Shown one piece after another: positions 46,833 to 56,851 of a stretch of 64,000 nucleotides of DNA. Under the pieces are notes generated by a model that did no database searches, was not told the origin of the DNA, and saw only the letters and a program-made list of their open reading frames with translations. The translations under genes were made by a program, and so were the position numbers. The stretch lies in assembly GCA_965207885.1 (NCBI GenBank), contig OZ242311.1:2432001-2496000 (forward strand), written 5' to 3'. Origin of the DNA: Candidatus Latescibacterota bacterium (lineage in GTDB: Bacteria; Latescibacterota; UBA2968). Every line of letters starts with the position of its first letter. Position 1 is the stretch's first letter.

Positions 46833-49799
46833 ATGTCGCAAATGTTTTTGAACAAAGGAATAGCGTTTATCGCTGCCCTTGTGTTGCTGCTCTGCGTGGG
46901 GCAAGCCTCTGCTGCTTCCAATGCGAATAATGCTGCGGCTACTGTTGCGCAGTCTGCAGATGCGGATCTCAACGGCGATGGGATGGTTGGTTTTGCTGAT
47001 TTTTTGATCTTTGCAGGCATGTTTGGGGCAAATCAAGGCGATGATAGGTATGACGCTCGAGCCGATCTGGATGGGGATGGTGCGATAGGTTTTGGCGATT
47101 TTTTGATCTTTGCCAATGCCTTTGGCACATCCGGCTCTGGCGGCGGTGGTAGCCCTGATCTCATTGTTATAGCGCCTTCGGTAAGCGACACCCTGCTGAC
47201 GCCTGGGCAGATGTTCACGCTGAATGTGACAGTGCGCAACCATGGGAATGCACAAGCCGCTGAGACGACGCTGACGTATTACCTCTCGACCGACGCGGCG
47301 ATATCGACGAGTGATACGGAGGTTGGCACGGATGCGGTGGGTGGCCTTGCCGCTTCTGGAACCAGTGATAAATCGATCGGTTTGAATGCCCCATCGAGTG
47401 CTGGCATGTACTATTACGGTGCCTGTGTGGCGAGTGTCAGTGGTGAGAGCAATGCGGATAACAACTGCTCAGGTGGGGTGCGCGTCACGGTCAGCGATGG
47501 TGGAGAGGGTGGTCAAGGCAGTGAGACGTCCTTTGATCTGGATAACAACAGCAATCCGCAGGATATCCTCTATGCCAATGACCGATTCTATGTGCTTGAT
47601 CGGGAGGATGCAAGGGTCTATGGTTACGAGAGTGACGGTCAGCGCGATTCGGGAGTAAGCTTCCGTCTGAATAGCAGTTCTCCGTCGAGTATCACCTATG
47701 CCAACGACCGGTTCTATGTGGTTGATGAAGAGGATGATAAGGTCTATGGGTATGGGAGTGATGGTCAGCGCGATGCGGCAGCAGACTTCGATCTTGGTAT
47801 CAGTGATCCGAGAGGGATCACCTTTGCTAATGACCGATTCTATGTGGTCAATGACGGGGATGATAAGGTTTATGGGTATGGGAGTGATGGTCAGCGCGAT
47901 TCGGATGCAGACTTTGATCTGGGTATCAGCGATCCGAGAGGGATCACCTTTGCCAATGACCGATTCTATGTGGTCAATGACGGGGATGATAGGATCTATG
48001 TGTACACGAATTCTGGTCAGCGCGATGCGGCTGCAGGCTTCCGTTTGTTTACCGGTGATCCGAGGGGTATCACCTTTGCCAATAACCGATTCTATGTGGT
48101 TGATTTCTGGAATGATAAAGTCTATGGACACGGGAGTGACGGGCGGCGTGATACGGGTGCGGACTTCGATCTGCATAGCAACAATTCTCCACAGGCTGTC
48201 ACCTATGCCAACAACCGATTCTATGTGCTCGACGTTGATGATGGAAAGATCTATGGGTATGGGAATGATGGTCAGCGCGATGCGGCTGCAGACTTCGATC
48301 TGGCTAATAGTGATCCGTTTAGTATTACCTATGCCAACGACCGATTCTATGTGCTTGATCCCTCGGATGTAAAGGTCTATGCGTACACGAGTTCTGGTCA
48401 GCGTGTTGAGGATGCAGACTTCGATCTGGCTGGCAACAACAATGATCCGTCGGGTATCACCTATGCCAACGACCAATTCTATGTGCCTGATGCCGAAGAT
48501 GAAAAGGTTTATGTGTACACGATTGCTGGTCAGCGTGTTGCGATTGCAGATTTCGATCTGGCTAATACTTCTCCGTCGGGTATCGCCTATTTCGACAATC
48601 TATTCTATGTGGTTGATGCCGCAGATGAAAAGGTTTATGTGTACACGGGTGCTGGTCAGCGTGTTGGGGCTGCGGACTTTGATGTGGCTATTAGTGATCC
48701 GAGAGGTATCGTCTATGCCAACGATCAATTCTATGTGCTTGAAGTGGAAGGTGCAAAGGTTCATTGGTACGCGATTGCCGACCCCACTCCTGATCTAATT
48801 ATTGTATCACCGTCGGCGAGCAATGACAGCCCGAATACCGGCGAGTCCTTCAGTTTGAGCGTTGCGGTTCGCAACCAGGGTGCGGGTTCTTCGGCTGCGA
48901 CGTCCTTGCGCTACTACCTCTCGACCGATGATTCGATTACAACGAGTGATACAGAGGTTGGCACGGGTGCCATAGGCAATCTCACTGCGGGAGTCGCGAG
49001 TAACCAGTCAATTGACTTGAATGCGCCATCGAGTGTGGGGATATACTACTACGGCGCGTGTGTCCAAAGCGTCAGTGGAGAGAGCAATACCGATAACAAC
49101 TGCTCGAATGGGGTACGTGTCTCGACTGCAAACTTCGCTCTGGATGGCGAAAATACTGATCCGGAAGGTATCGTCTATGCCAATAACCGATTCTATGTGG
49201 TTGATGCCAGGGATGGAAAGGTCTATGCGTACACGAGTGCTGGTCAGCGCGATGCAGCAGCAGACTTTGCTCTGGATAGCAACAACACTGCGCCGGAAGG
49301 TATCACCTATGCCGACAACCGATTCTATGTGATTGATCGGGGAAATGTGTCTGATCGGGGAGATGAAAAGGTCTATGCGTACACGAGTGCTGGTCAGCGC
49401 GATGCGGCAGCAGACTTCACTCTGGATAGCGACAACAGTGCGCCAGCGACTATTACCTATGCCAACGACCGATTCTATGTGGCTGATTTTTCGACTGTAA
49501 AGGTCTATGCGTACACGGTTTCTGGTCAGCGTGTTGCGGATGCAGACTTCGATCTGGCTGAGGACAACATTGATCCGTTTGGTATTGCCTATGCCAATGA
49601 CCGATTCTATGTGGCTAATAACTCTGATAGCGAGACTAATAAGGTCTATGCGTACACAGTTTCTGGTCAGCGTGATGAGGATGCGGACTTCGATCTGGTC
49701 AGCAGTGATCCGTTTGGTATCATCTATGCCAGCGACCGATTCTATGTGGTTGATGGCGGGGATAATGCGGTCTATGCGTACACGAGTGCTGGACAATAA
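46833..49799 (+). CDS. Secreted repeat protein: signal peptide, dockerin-like EF-hand pair, two CARDB-like Ig domains, 15 NHL-like blades
   Basis: DLNGDGMVGFADF and DLDGDGAIGFGDF; PDL..VRN..YYLSTD..GACV..E..DNNC twice; about 42-aa DFDL..P.GITYANDRFYV.D....VY.Y...GQR repeats. Confidence 0.8.
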   Translation: MSQMFLNKGIAFIAALVLLLCVGQASAASNANNAAATVAQSADADLNGDGMVGFADFLIFAGMFGANQGDDRYDARADLDGDGAIGFGDFLIFANAFGTSGSGGGGSPDLIVIAPSVSDTLLTPGQMFTLNVTVRNHGNAQAAETTLTYYLSTDAAISTSDTEVGTDAVGGLAASGTSDKSIGLNAPSSAGMYYYGACVASVSGESNADNNCSGGVRVTVSDGGEGGQGSETSFDLDNNSNPQDILYANDRFYVLDREDARVYGYESDGQRDSGVSFRLNSSSPSSITYANDRFYVVDEEDDKVYGYGSDGQRDAAADFDLGISDPRGITFANDRFYVVNDGDDKVYGYGSDGQRDSDADFDLGISDPRGITFANDRFYVVNDGDDRIYVYTNSGQRDAAAGFRLFTGDPRGITFANNRFYVVDFWNDKVYGHGSDGRRDTGADFDLHSNNSPQAVTYANNRFYVLDVDDGKIYGYGNDGQRDAAADFDLANSDPFSITYANDRFYVLDPSDVKVYAYTSSGQRVEDADFDLAGNNNDPSGITYANDQFYVPDAEDEKVYVYTIAGQRVAIADFDLANTSPSGIAYFDNLFYVVDAADEKVYVYTGAGQRVGAADFDVAISDPRGIVYANDQFYVLEVEGAKVHWYAIADPTPDLIIVSPSASNDSPNTGESFSLSVAVRNQGAGSSAATSLRYYLSTDDSITTSDTEVGTGAIGNLTAGVASNQSIDLNAPSSVGIYYYGACVQSVSGESNTDNNCSNGVRVSTANFALDGENTDPEGIVYANNRFYVVDARDGKVYAYTSAGQRDAAADFALDSNNTAPEGITYADNRFYVIDRGNVSDRGDEKVYAYTSAGQRDAAADFTLDSDNSAPATITYANDRFYVADFSTVKVYAYTVSGQRVADADFDLAEDNIDPFGIAYANDRFYVANNSDSETNKVYAYTVSGQRDEDADFDLVSSDPFGIIYASDRFYVVDGGDNAVYAYTSAGQ

Positions 49800-49904
49800 C
49801 GCACGGGGAACCTGAGAAAGAAATCGCATTTTAGGCTTTGACAACAGAGTGGGTTTGCCTATTTTAATACCTGCTCTGTTGTTCTTTTTTAGCGAGAAAT
49901 TGTC

Positions 49905-50402
49905 GTGAAATTAGAAACCGATGAAGCCGTTGAAAAAGCCAAGGCGTATGCCCTGCGCTTGCTGAGCAATAGGGCTTATACAAAAAAAGAGATTTGCGAC
50001 AAACTCGCTGGACGGGGTTATGAGCAAGACGCGATTGAACAGACCCTCTCGATGCTCGATCGTCTCAATTTAATTGATGATGTGTTGTTTGCGCGTCAAT
50101 TTGTCGAGCAACGGTTGCGATTGCGGCCTTCTGGACGGGTGGCACTTGTGCGCGATCTTGTGCATCGGGGTGTTCCGACTGAGATAATCAATCGCGTTGT
50201 GGACGATGTTTTGGCAGATGTTGATATTGAAGATGTCGCACTCAATTTGTTGATGGGCAGGGCAAATCGCTACCGGGGATTATCTCGTGAGAAAGCGCTC
50301 GGGCGGATGTACGGTTTTTTGGGGCGCAGGGGATTTGAGGTTTCGGTTGCGCGAGATGTCGCTCAAAAAGTGTGGTCTAAAATAGAAAATGAAGAGGTTT
50401 GA
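49905..50402 (+). CDS. recX: Regulatory protein RecX
   Basis: ALRLLSNR..KEI..KL, LIDDVLFA, FLGRRGF. Confidence 0.88.
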   Translation: MKLETDEAVEKAKAYALRLLSNRAYTKKEICDKLAGRGYEQDAIEQTLSMLDRLNLIDDVLFARQFVEQRLRLRPSGRVALVRDLVHRGVPTEIINRVVDDVLADVDIEDVALNLLMGRANRYRGLSREKALGRMYGFLGRRGFEVSVARDVAQKVWSKIENEEV

Positions 50403-50409
50403 ATAAAAG

Positions 50410-53025
50410 ATGAAGACTGCTGTACAAATTCGTGAAGAGTTTCAGGCATTTTTTGAATCCAAAGGCCATACGCGGGTTCAAAGTGCTCCTCTATTGCCGC
50501 AAGACGATCCCACCCTGTTGTTTACCAATGCGGGTATGAATCAGTTTAAGGATGTGTTTTTGGGCACCGGGCGTCGGCCTTATTCACGGGCAGTTGATAC
50601 GCAGAAGTGTTTGCGGGTTTCGGGCAAGCACAACGATCTGGAGGAAGTGGGATTCAGTCCCAACCATCACACGTTTTTTGAGATGTTGGGCAACTGGTCT
50701 TTTGGCGACTACTTTAAAGAAGAAGCCATAGCATGGGCGTGGGAGTTGCTCACAGATGTGTGGCAGTTGCCAAAAGATCGCATGTGGGCAACGGTGTTTG
50801 GCGGCGACGAAAAGGATGGCCTGGAGGCCGATGTAGAGGCTGAAAAACTCTGGACGCGTGTGACGGATTTGCCCGCCAATCGCGTGTTGCGTCTGGGCAA
50901 GAAAGATAATTTCTGGGAGATGGGGAGTACTGGTCCTTGTGGCCCGTGTTCTGAGATACACTTTTATCTCGGCGATGACCCGACTCAACAGGATGCCGTG
51001 CCGGATGTAGATGCTGAGGATTATGTCGAAATCTGGAATCTGGTTTTTATTCAGTACAATCGCGGTGCCGATGGCATATTGCAGCCTTTGCCAGATCAGC
51101 ACGTGGATACGGGGATGGGGTTTGAGCGGATTTGTTCGATTTTGCAGGGTGTACAAACCACTTATGATACGGATGTGTTTGTGCCAATTATTGGGGCGAT
51201 CAGTGAGATTACCCGAAAGCCCTATAATAAAGACCATCAGGTACCCATGCGCGTGATTGCCGATCATGTGCGTACACTCTCATTTGCAATCGCAGATGGG
51301 GTGCTGCCGTCCAATGAAGGGCGAGGCTATGTTTTGCGGCGGATTTTGCGCCGCGCCGCGCGGTTTGGACGTTCGCTGGGGATGCATGAGCCGTTTATTT
51401 TTCGACTGGTAGAGACAGTTGTCAGTGAAATGGGTGTTGTTTTTCCCGAGGTGGCAGAAAAACGCGATCATATTACGCGGGTGATTCGGTCTGAGGAAGA
51501 GGGATTTGGCAAAACACTGGATCGCGGGCTGGAAATTTTCGACGCGATGCAGGCGAAAGGGCGTATTTCAGGGGCAGATGCTTTCCAGTTGTACGATACC
51601 TATGGCTTTCCCATTGATTTGACGCGGTTGATGGCAGCCGAAAAAGGCGTTGAGGTGGATGAGGAGGGCTTTGAAGCGCAGATGGCAGCGCAACAGGAGA
51701 GGTCTCGTTTGGCGGCTTCTTTTACAGCAGGAGTTCCAGAATTTAATGCCGAACTATCTATAGAACATTCGGAATTTGTGGGATACGAAACACTTGTATC
51801 CGATTCGCGCATTGTCGCCTGTCAACCCGCACAGGATGAGATGCTGGATCTCTATCTGGATATAACGCCATTTTATGCCGAGTCTGGCGGGCAGGTTGGG
51901 GATAAGGGTGAACTTGTAGGCGAAGGTGTGCGCTTTAAGGTAGCGACTACATTTAAGGCGGGAGAAGCAATTGTTCATCGCGGTCGTCTGTGCAATGGGC
52001 AGGCCGAAGGGCTGGTGGGGATGGATGTGAAGGCGCATGTCGATGCTGAAACCCGTTTGAATACAGCGCGCAATCACACGGCCACGCATCTGATGCATCG
52101 CGCTTTGCGGCAGGTATTGGGCGACCATGTACACCAGGCTGGCTCGCTGGTTGCCCCGGATAGGTTGCGCTTTGATTTTACGCATTTTGAAGGCGTAACA
52201 CCTGCGCAATTAGACGATATTGTGGGCATTGTCAATGACGCGGTCAGGCGGGATTGGGCTGTTGATATTTCTTTTGATACGTTGGATCGCGCCGTGGAAA
52301 TGGGTGCGATGATGTTGTTTAGCGAAAAATATGGCGATGAGGTGCGCATGGTGCAGGTGGGGGATTTTAGTCTGGAGTTGTGCGGTGGCACGCATGTGCA
52401 AAGCACCGGGCAAATTGGGCTGTTTCAGCTCACGCAAGAGACGGGTACTGCAGCCGGTGTGCGGCGCATTGAGGCGGTCACCGGGCCGGGTGCAGAAGCC
52501 ATCGTGCGCGAGCAAAAGGAAATTTTGGCCGATCTCTCGTCGCAACTGAGTGCGTCAACATCGGAATTGTCGGATAAGGTCGCGCACCTGCTTGCGCACA
52601 ATCGCGAACTCGAGCGCGAGTTGCAGAGCTTGCGGCGGGAGCAGACCGGTTCAGAGATGGATATGCTGGTGAGCAGTGCTCTGAATGTAAATGGTGTGCG
52701 CGTTGTGGCCGCGGAGGTCTCGCCGCCCGATATGGAAGGGTTTCGCACAATGGGTGACGGTTTGCGCGATGCCTTGGGTACAGAGGGCGTTGGCGTGATT
52801 GGCGCGAATTTAAATGGCAAGGCATCGCTTCTCGCTGTGGTGACGGACGATCTGATCGGTCAGGGTGTGCAGGCTGGCAATGTTGTCAAAGCCATCGCAC
52901 AGATTGTGGGTGGTGGTGGCGGTGGTCGCCCCCATCTGGCGCAGGCCGGTGGCAAGTTTCCCGAAAAGATCGGAGAGGCTCTGGCACGAGTGCCCGACAT
53001 CATTCGGGCACAGGTGGGAGGGTAA
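50410..53025 (+). CDS. alaS: Alanine--tRNA ligase
   Basis: LLFTNAGMNQFK, FFEMLGNWSFGDYFK, NHTATHL, ELCGGTH, GGGGG. Confidence 0.97.
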   Translation: MKTAVQIREEFQAFFESKGHTRVQSAPLLPQDDPTLLFTNAGMNQFKDVFLGTGRRPYSRAVDTQKCLRVSGKHNDLEEVGFSPNHHTFFEMLGNWSFGDYFKEEAIAWAWELLTDVWQLPKDRMWATVFGGDEKDGLEADVEAEKLWTRVTDLPANRVLRLGKKDNFWEMGSTGPCGPCSEIHFYLGDDPTQQDAVPDVDAEDYVEIWNLVFIQYNRGADGILQPLPDQHVDTGMGFERICSILQGVQTTYDTDVFVPIIGAISEITRKPYNKDHQVPMRVIADHVRTLSFAIADGVLPSNEGRGYVLRRILRRAARFGRSLGMHEPFIFRLVETVVSEMGVVFPEVAEKRDHITRVIRSEEEGFGKTLDRGLEIFDAMQAKGRISGADAFQLYDTYGFPIDLTRLMAAEKGVEVDEEGFEAQMAAQQERSRLAASFTAGVPEFNAELSIEHSEFVGYETLVSDSRIVACQPAQDEMLDLYLDITPFYAESGGQVGDKGELVGEGVRFKVATTFKAGEAIVHRGRLCNGQAEGLVGMDVKAHVDAETRLNTARNHTATHLMHRALRQVLGDHVHQAGSLVAPDRLRFDFTHFEGVTPAQLDDIVGIVNDAVRRDWAVDISFDTLDRAVEMGAMMLFSEKYGDEVRMVQVGDFSLELCGGTHVQSTGQIGLFQLTQETGTAAGVRRIEAVTGPGAEAIVREQKEILADLSSQLSASTSELSDKVAHLLAHNRELERELQSLRREQTGSEMDMLVSSALNVNGVRVVAAEVSPPDMEGFRTMGDGLRDALGTEGVGVIGANLNGKASLLAVVTDDLIGQGVQAGNVVKAIAQIVGGGGGGRPHLAQAGGKFPEKIGEALARVPDIIRAQVGG

Positions 53026-53033
53026 GTGCCTCA

Positions 53034-53783
53034 ATGTCGATATTCGAACAGTTGGTGGCTATTCGCAATCGCCGCGGGGCGGGGTTTTTGCCCTATCTGG
53101 ATCCCGACAGGCTCGACAAGAAAGATCTGGGGCGCACGGCCTCTCTTTGTGAAGCGCAGGGAGCAGACGCCATTTTGATTGGCGGCAGTTTTTTGTTATC
53201 CACCAATTTTGATCGCATGGTGAGCGAGGTTGTACGCGCTGTAGATATTCCGGTGATTATATTTCCCGGCGATACCAACCAGATCTCAGCGGCTGCCGAT
53301 GCGATTATGTTTTTGTCGCTTATCAGTGGTCGCAATCCCGAATTGCTGATCGGGCAACACGTCAAGGCTGCGCCAATTTTGAAAGCACACGGCTTAGAGG
53401 CCATTGCAACCGGCTACGCGCTCGTGGATACAGGGCAGCTCACCACAGCCGAATATGTGAGCAACACACGTCCCTTGCCGCGCGACAAACCCGAGATTGC
53501 AATGGCGCACGCTCTTGCCGCTGAGTATTTGGGTATGCAATGCGTGTATTTGGATGCCGGTAGCGGGCCAGAGTTGATGGTACCCGAAGAAATAGTACAG
53601 GCAGTCTGTAGTTATGTGTCGATCCCAATAATTGTCGGTGGTGGTATTCGCGATCCCAAAGCTGCGGCAGAACGGGTCGCATTGGGTGCATCTTTTGTGG
53701 TGGTTGGTAGCATTTTTGAAGAAACGGGCTGGGATGCCGCGCTGATTGGCGCGTTTGCTTCTGCCATTCACTGTCTCGACTGA
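53034..53783 (+). CDS. Geranylgeranylglyceryl phosphate synthase (group II GGGPS/PcrB family)
   Basis: LDPD, IGGS, IFPG, SLISGRNP..LIGQH, YLDAGSG, VGGGIR. Confidence 0.88.
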   Translation: MSIFEQLVAIRNRRGAGFLPYLDPDRLDKKDLGRTASLCEAQGADAILIGGSFLLSTNFDRMVSEVVRAVDIPVIIFPGDTNQISAAADAIMFLSLISGRNPELLIGQHVKAAPILKAHGLEAIATGYALVDTGQLTTAEYVSNTRPLPRDKPEIAMAHALAAEYLGMQCVYLDAGSGPELMVPEEIVQAVCSYVSIPIIVGGGIRDPKAAAERVALGASFVVVGSIFEETGWDAALIGAFASAIHCLD

Positions 53784-53815
53784 GTCCATTTTTTTGACAA
53801 TTGGGGATGGTCGTT

Positions 53816-53839
53816 ACCGTCTTTGCGGACGGTTTTTTT
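53816..53839 (+). terminator. Intrinsic terminator
   Basis: ACCGTC-TTTGCG-GACGGT followed by T-tract. Confidence 0.6.
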
Positions 53840-53855
53840 ATGTGAGCGTATTGTT

Positions 53856-54746
53856 ATGTCTATTTCTTCTGGCGCAGTGTTGTGTTACGGTGTACTGGGT
53901 ATTGATCAAATCGTGCAAGTGGCCTGGTTTCCCGAGCGCAATGGACACACGCGCGCGTTTCGAGACGAGGAATTTGCTGGTGGAGAAGCGACCAATACGG
54001 CGGTGACGTTGAGCGGATTGGGAGTTGACGTGCGGTTGATGGGGTGTGCATTGGGAGACGATCGCAGGGGTGCACTTTTTTTGCGCACGATGCGTCAATT
54101 TGACGTGGATATTCGCAGGCTCGATATAGATCCCAGCGTTCGCACCGGGCATGCCGTTATCCTGTCTGATGTCAACGGTGGACGAACAATTTGTGGACAT
54201 TTCCCCGATGTGCGCAGCAGGCCGCTAACTGAGGCGGACCTCGATGGTGTCACCCTGTTGTCGGTCGATCCCTTTTTGGGTGAAAATGCAATCCGGGCAG
54301 CTCAAATTGCACGAGAGCATGATATAACTGTGTTTGCTATTGAACTGTCCCCCGATCATCCGCTTGCAAAATTCTGTGATGTGGTGATCAATTCTGACGG
54401 TTTTATGCGCCGACACAGAATGGGTATGCCCTCGGATGTGGCGGTTGGGCTTTTAAAGGCCGGTATAGAAACTGTGGTGATTACCAGGGGAAAACAGGGC
54501 TGTCAGGTTTTTCAGGAAAATGGCAATAGTTTTGAACAGCCCGCATACCAGGTCACTGCGCGCGATACAACAGGAGCGGGAGACGCATTTCGAGCCGGTC
54601 TTATTTACGGATATTTGCAGGGATGGACGCTGACGCGCAGTGTGCAATTTGCCAGCGGAAGCGCGGCATTAACATGTGCCAGGGCTGGTGGTGCAGGCCA
54701 TATTCACGGGGAAGAACAGGTCTTGCAACTGATCGCTGAAGATTGA
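53856..54746 (+). CDS. PfkB-family carbohydrate kinase
   Basis: GGEATNTA, VITRGKQG, DTTGAGDAF. Confidence 0.9.
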   Translation: MSISSGAVLCYGVLGIDQIVQVAWFPERNGHTRAFRDEEFAGGEATNTAVTLSGLGVDVRLMGCALGDDRRGALFLRTMRQFDVDIRRLDIDPSVRTGHAVILSDVNGGRTICGHFPDVRSRPLTEADLDGVTLLSVDPFLGENAIRAAQIAREHDITVFAIELSPDHPLAKFCDVVINSDGFMRRHRMGMPSDVAVGLLKAGIETVVITRGKQGCQVFQENGNSFEQPAYQVTARDTTGAGDAFRAGLIYGYLQGWTLTRSVQFASGSAALTCARAGGAGHIHGEEQVLQLIAED

Positions 54747-54781
54747 ATTCCAAATGTTTTTGATTATGGGTGATATACACG

Positions 54782-55042
54782 ATGCTGGAACAACGGGCTA
54801 CGGTAAAAAATAAACTGGGCATTCACGCGAGACCTGCGGCTTTGCTGGTACAGGCGGCGGCTAAATTTACTTCTGAAATTACACTGGAAAAAGATGGTCT
54901 GGCAATCAATGGCAAAAGCATTATGGGCGTGATGATGTTGGCGGCGGAAGTGGATTCTGTGATCACGGTGCGGGTTGAAGGTGAAGATGCCTGCACCGCA
55001 CTGGATCATATCGTCGAAATGATTGAATCAAAGTTTGACTGA
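54782..55042 (+). CDS. ptsH: Phosphocarrier protein HPr
   Basis: GIHARPA, NGKSIMGVMML. Confidence 0.93.
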   Translation: MLEQRATVKNKLGIHARPAALLVQAAAKFTSEITLEKDGLAINGKSIMGVMMLAAEVDSVITVRVEGEDACTALDHIVEMIESKFD

Positions 55043-55045
55043 GCT

Positions 55046-56830
55046 ATGAAATATCTCAAAGGCATACAGGCGTCTCCGGGCATTGCGATTGCATCGGTGT
55101 ATTTATACGATCCAGAAGAGTTTCCCGTGGATCAACGCCGGATAGATCCTCGCGATATTCCCGCAGAAAAGGCGAGACTACAAGAGGCAATCAAAGCAGT
55201 GTCTGAGGATTTCGCAGCTACGCGGGCGCATGTCGAGGACATACTGGGCAAAGAGCACGCGCAGATATTCGACGCGCATCTGCTCATGTTGCAAGACCCC
55301 ATGCTTCTCGAGCTTACATATCCACACATAGAAAAATATAATGCCGAATACGCTTTCTGGACGACTTTCCAGAATTTGAGTCGTCAATTTGAAGCGTTTC
55401 AAGATGATTATTTGAGAGAACGCGGTGCCGATTTATTGGGCATTGCAAAGCGGGTGTTAGCCAAATTGGGGAATTGGGAAAAAGCGGGATTAGACCGATT
55501 GCCCGACAAATCGATTGTCGTTGCGCGCGATTTAATGCCCGACGATATGGCACACTTGCAACCCGACCGGGTTTTGGGGCTTGTAACAGAGGTCGGTGGT
55601 CCCACGTCTCACGCAATTATTCTGGCGCGTGGATTAGAGATCCCAGCTGTTGTCAGTGTTGCCAATGCGCTATCTGATGCGCGTATTGGCGATGTGGCAA
55701 TAGTAGATGGTCGCCGCGGACATTTTATTCTCAACCCGGATGATAAAACACTCGCGCAGTATCGGGATCTGGCTGAAAAACTGAGAAGGCGAAAAGCCGG
55801 GTTGGTCGATTCCCGAGATTTGCCCGCCCAGACTGAGGACGGTGTTCGGGTCGCGTTGCAGGCCAATGTGGAATTGCCCAGCGAGGTGCATTCTGCGATG
55901 GACTACGGCGCTGAGGGCGTCGGGTTGTATCGCACGGAATATCTCTATCTCGCCAGCGATATTTTGCCCGATGAGGCCTCGCAGGTTACCGCATATTCGC
56001 AAATGGCCAGGCGCATTGCGCCACACCCCCTCGTGATTCGCACCCTGGATTTGGGGGGGGATAAAATGTCGCATGTGCTCAATACACAGACAGAAATGAA
56101 TCCCTTTTTGGGGTTGCGTTCCATCCGGCTGACGCTGAGACACCGCGATCTTTTTAAAATACAGCTTCGGGCGATCTTAAAAGCGAGCGCCGTTGGCAAT
56201 GTGAAGTTGATGTTGCCCCTGATTTCGGGGATCGACGAATTGCGCGAAGCTCTTGCTGTACTCAATGAGGTGCGCGAAGAATTGACGCGAGAAGGCGTAC
56301 CTTTTGATCCTCAGTGTCCTGTTGGGGTCATGATCGAAGTCCCTTCTGCTGCGCTGATAGCCGATCAATTGGCGCGGGAAGTCGATTTTTTCAGCATTGG
56401 CACCAATGACCTGATCCAGTACACGCTTGCTGTTGATCGCGGTAATGATCTCGTCTCGTATTTATTTGAGCCGTTTCACCCTGCGGTCTTGCGATTGATC
56501 AAGGGCGTGGTTGATGCAGCGCATGCGGAAAATATACCGGTGACTGTTTGCGGTGAGATTGCGGGAGATCCGCATTCTGGATTGTTGCTAGTGGGCATGG
56601 GGGTTGATAAGCTGTCGATGACGCCTTCGGCATTGCCCGAGGTCAAACGCGCAATTCGCAATACATCCTTTAAGCAGCTTCAGGCACTTGGCGAAGATGT
56701 GCTCAATATGCAGGAGATCGCAAATATTCGGGCGCGCGTAAACGCCACTTTATCCGATGAGGATGACGAGACGTTCGTTGGCGGGGAAAGTGGTGAGACG
56801 ACACTACAAATGAGATTGTCATTGTTCTGA
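55046..56830 (+). CDS. ptsI: PEP--protein phosphotransferase (PTS enzyme I)
   Basis: GGPTSHA, GVGLYRTE, RTLDLGGDK, NPFLGLR, SIGTNDLIQY. Confidence 0.93.
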   Translation: MKYLKGIQASPGIAIASVYLYDPEEFPVDQRRIDPRDIPAEKARLQEAIKAVSEDFAATRAHVEDILGKEHAQIFDAHLLMLQDPMLLELTYPHIEKYNAEYAFWTTFQNLSRQFEAFQDDYLRERGADLLGIAKRVLAKLGNWEKAGLDRLPDKSIVVARDLMPDDMAHLQPDRVLGLVTEVGGPTSHAIILARGLEIPAVVSVANALSDARIGDVAIVDGRRGHFILNPDDKTLAQYRDLAEKLRRRKAGLVDSRDLPAQTEDGVRVALQANVELPSEVHSAMDYGAEGVGLYRTEYLYLASDILPDEASQVTAYSQMARRIAPHPLVIRTLDLGGDKMSHVLNTQTEMNPFLGLRSIRLTLRHRDLFKIQLRAILKASAVGNVKLMLPLISGIDELREALAVLNEVREELTREGVPFDPQCPVGVMIEVPSAALIADQLAREVDFFSIGTNDLIQYTLAVDRGNDLVSYLFEPFHPAVLRLIKGVVDAAHAENIPVTVCGEIAGDPHSGLLLVGMGVDKLSMTPSALPEVKRAIRNTSFKQLQALGEDVLNMQEIANIRARVNATLSDEDDETFVGGESGETTLQMRLSLF

Positions 56831-56851
56831 TTTTTTATAGGAGTGGGCTTT

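Noticed and set aside
47530-48780. Periodic repeats suggesting a CRISPR array or DGR template
   Set aside because: Units are in-frame protein repeats of about 126-132 bp; no cas or reverse transcriptase gene; variation is not adenine-specific
47469-49844. Long antisense and alternate-frame ORFs over the repeat gene
   Set aside because: Shadows of the repetitive coding strand; no RBS or independent motifs
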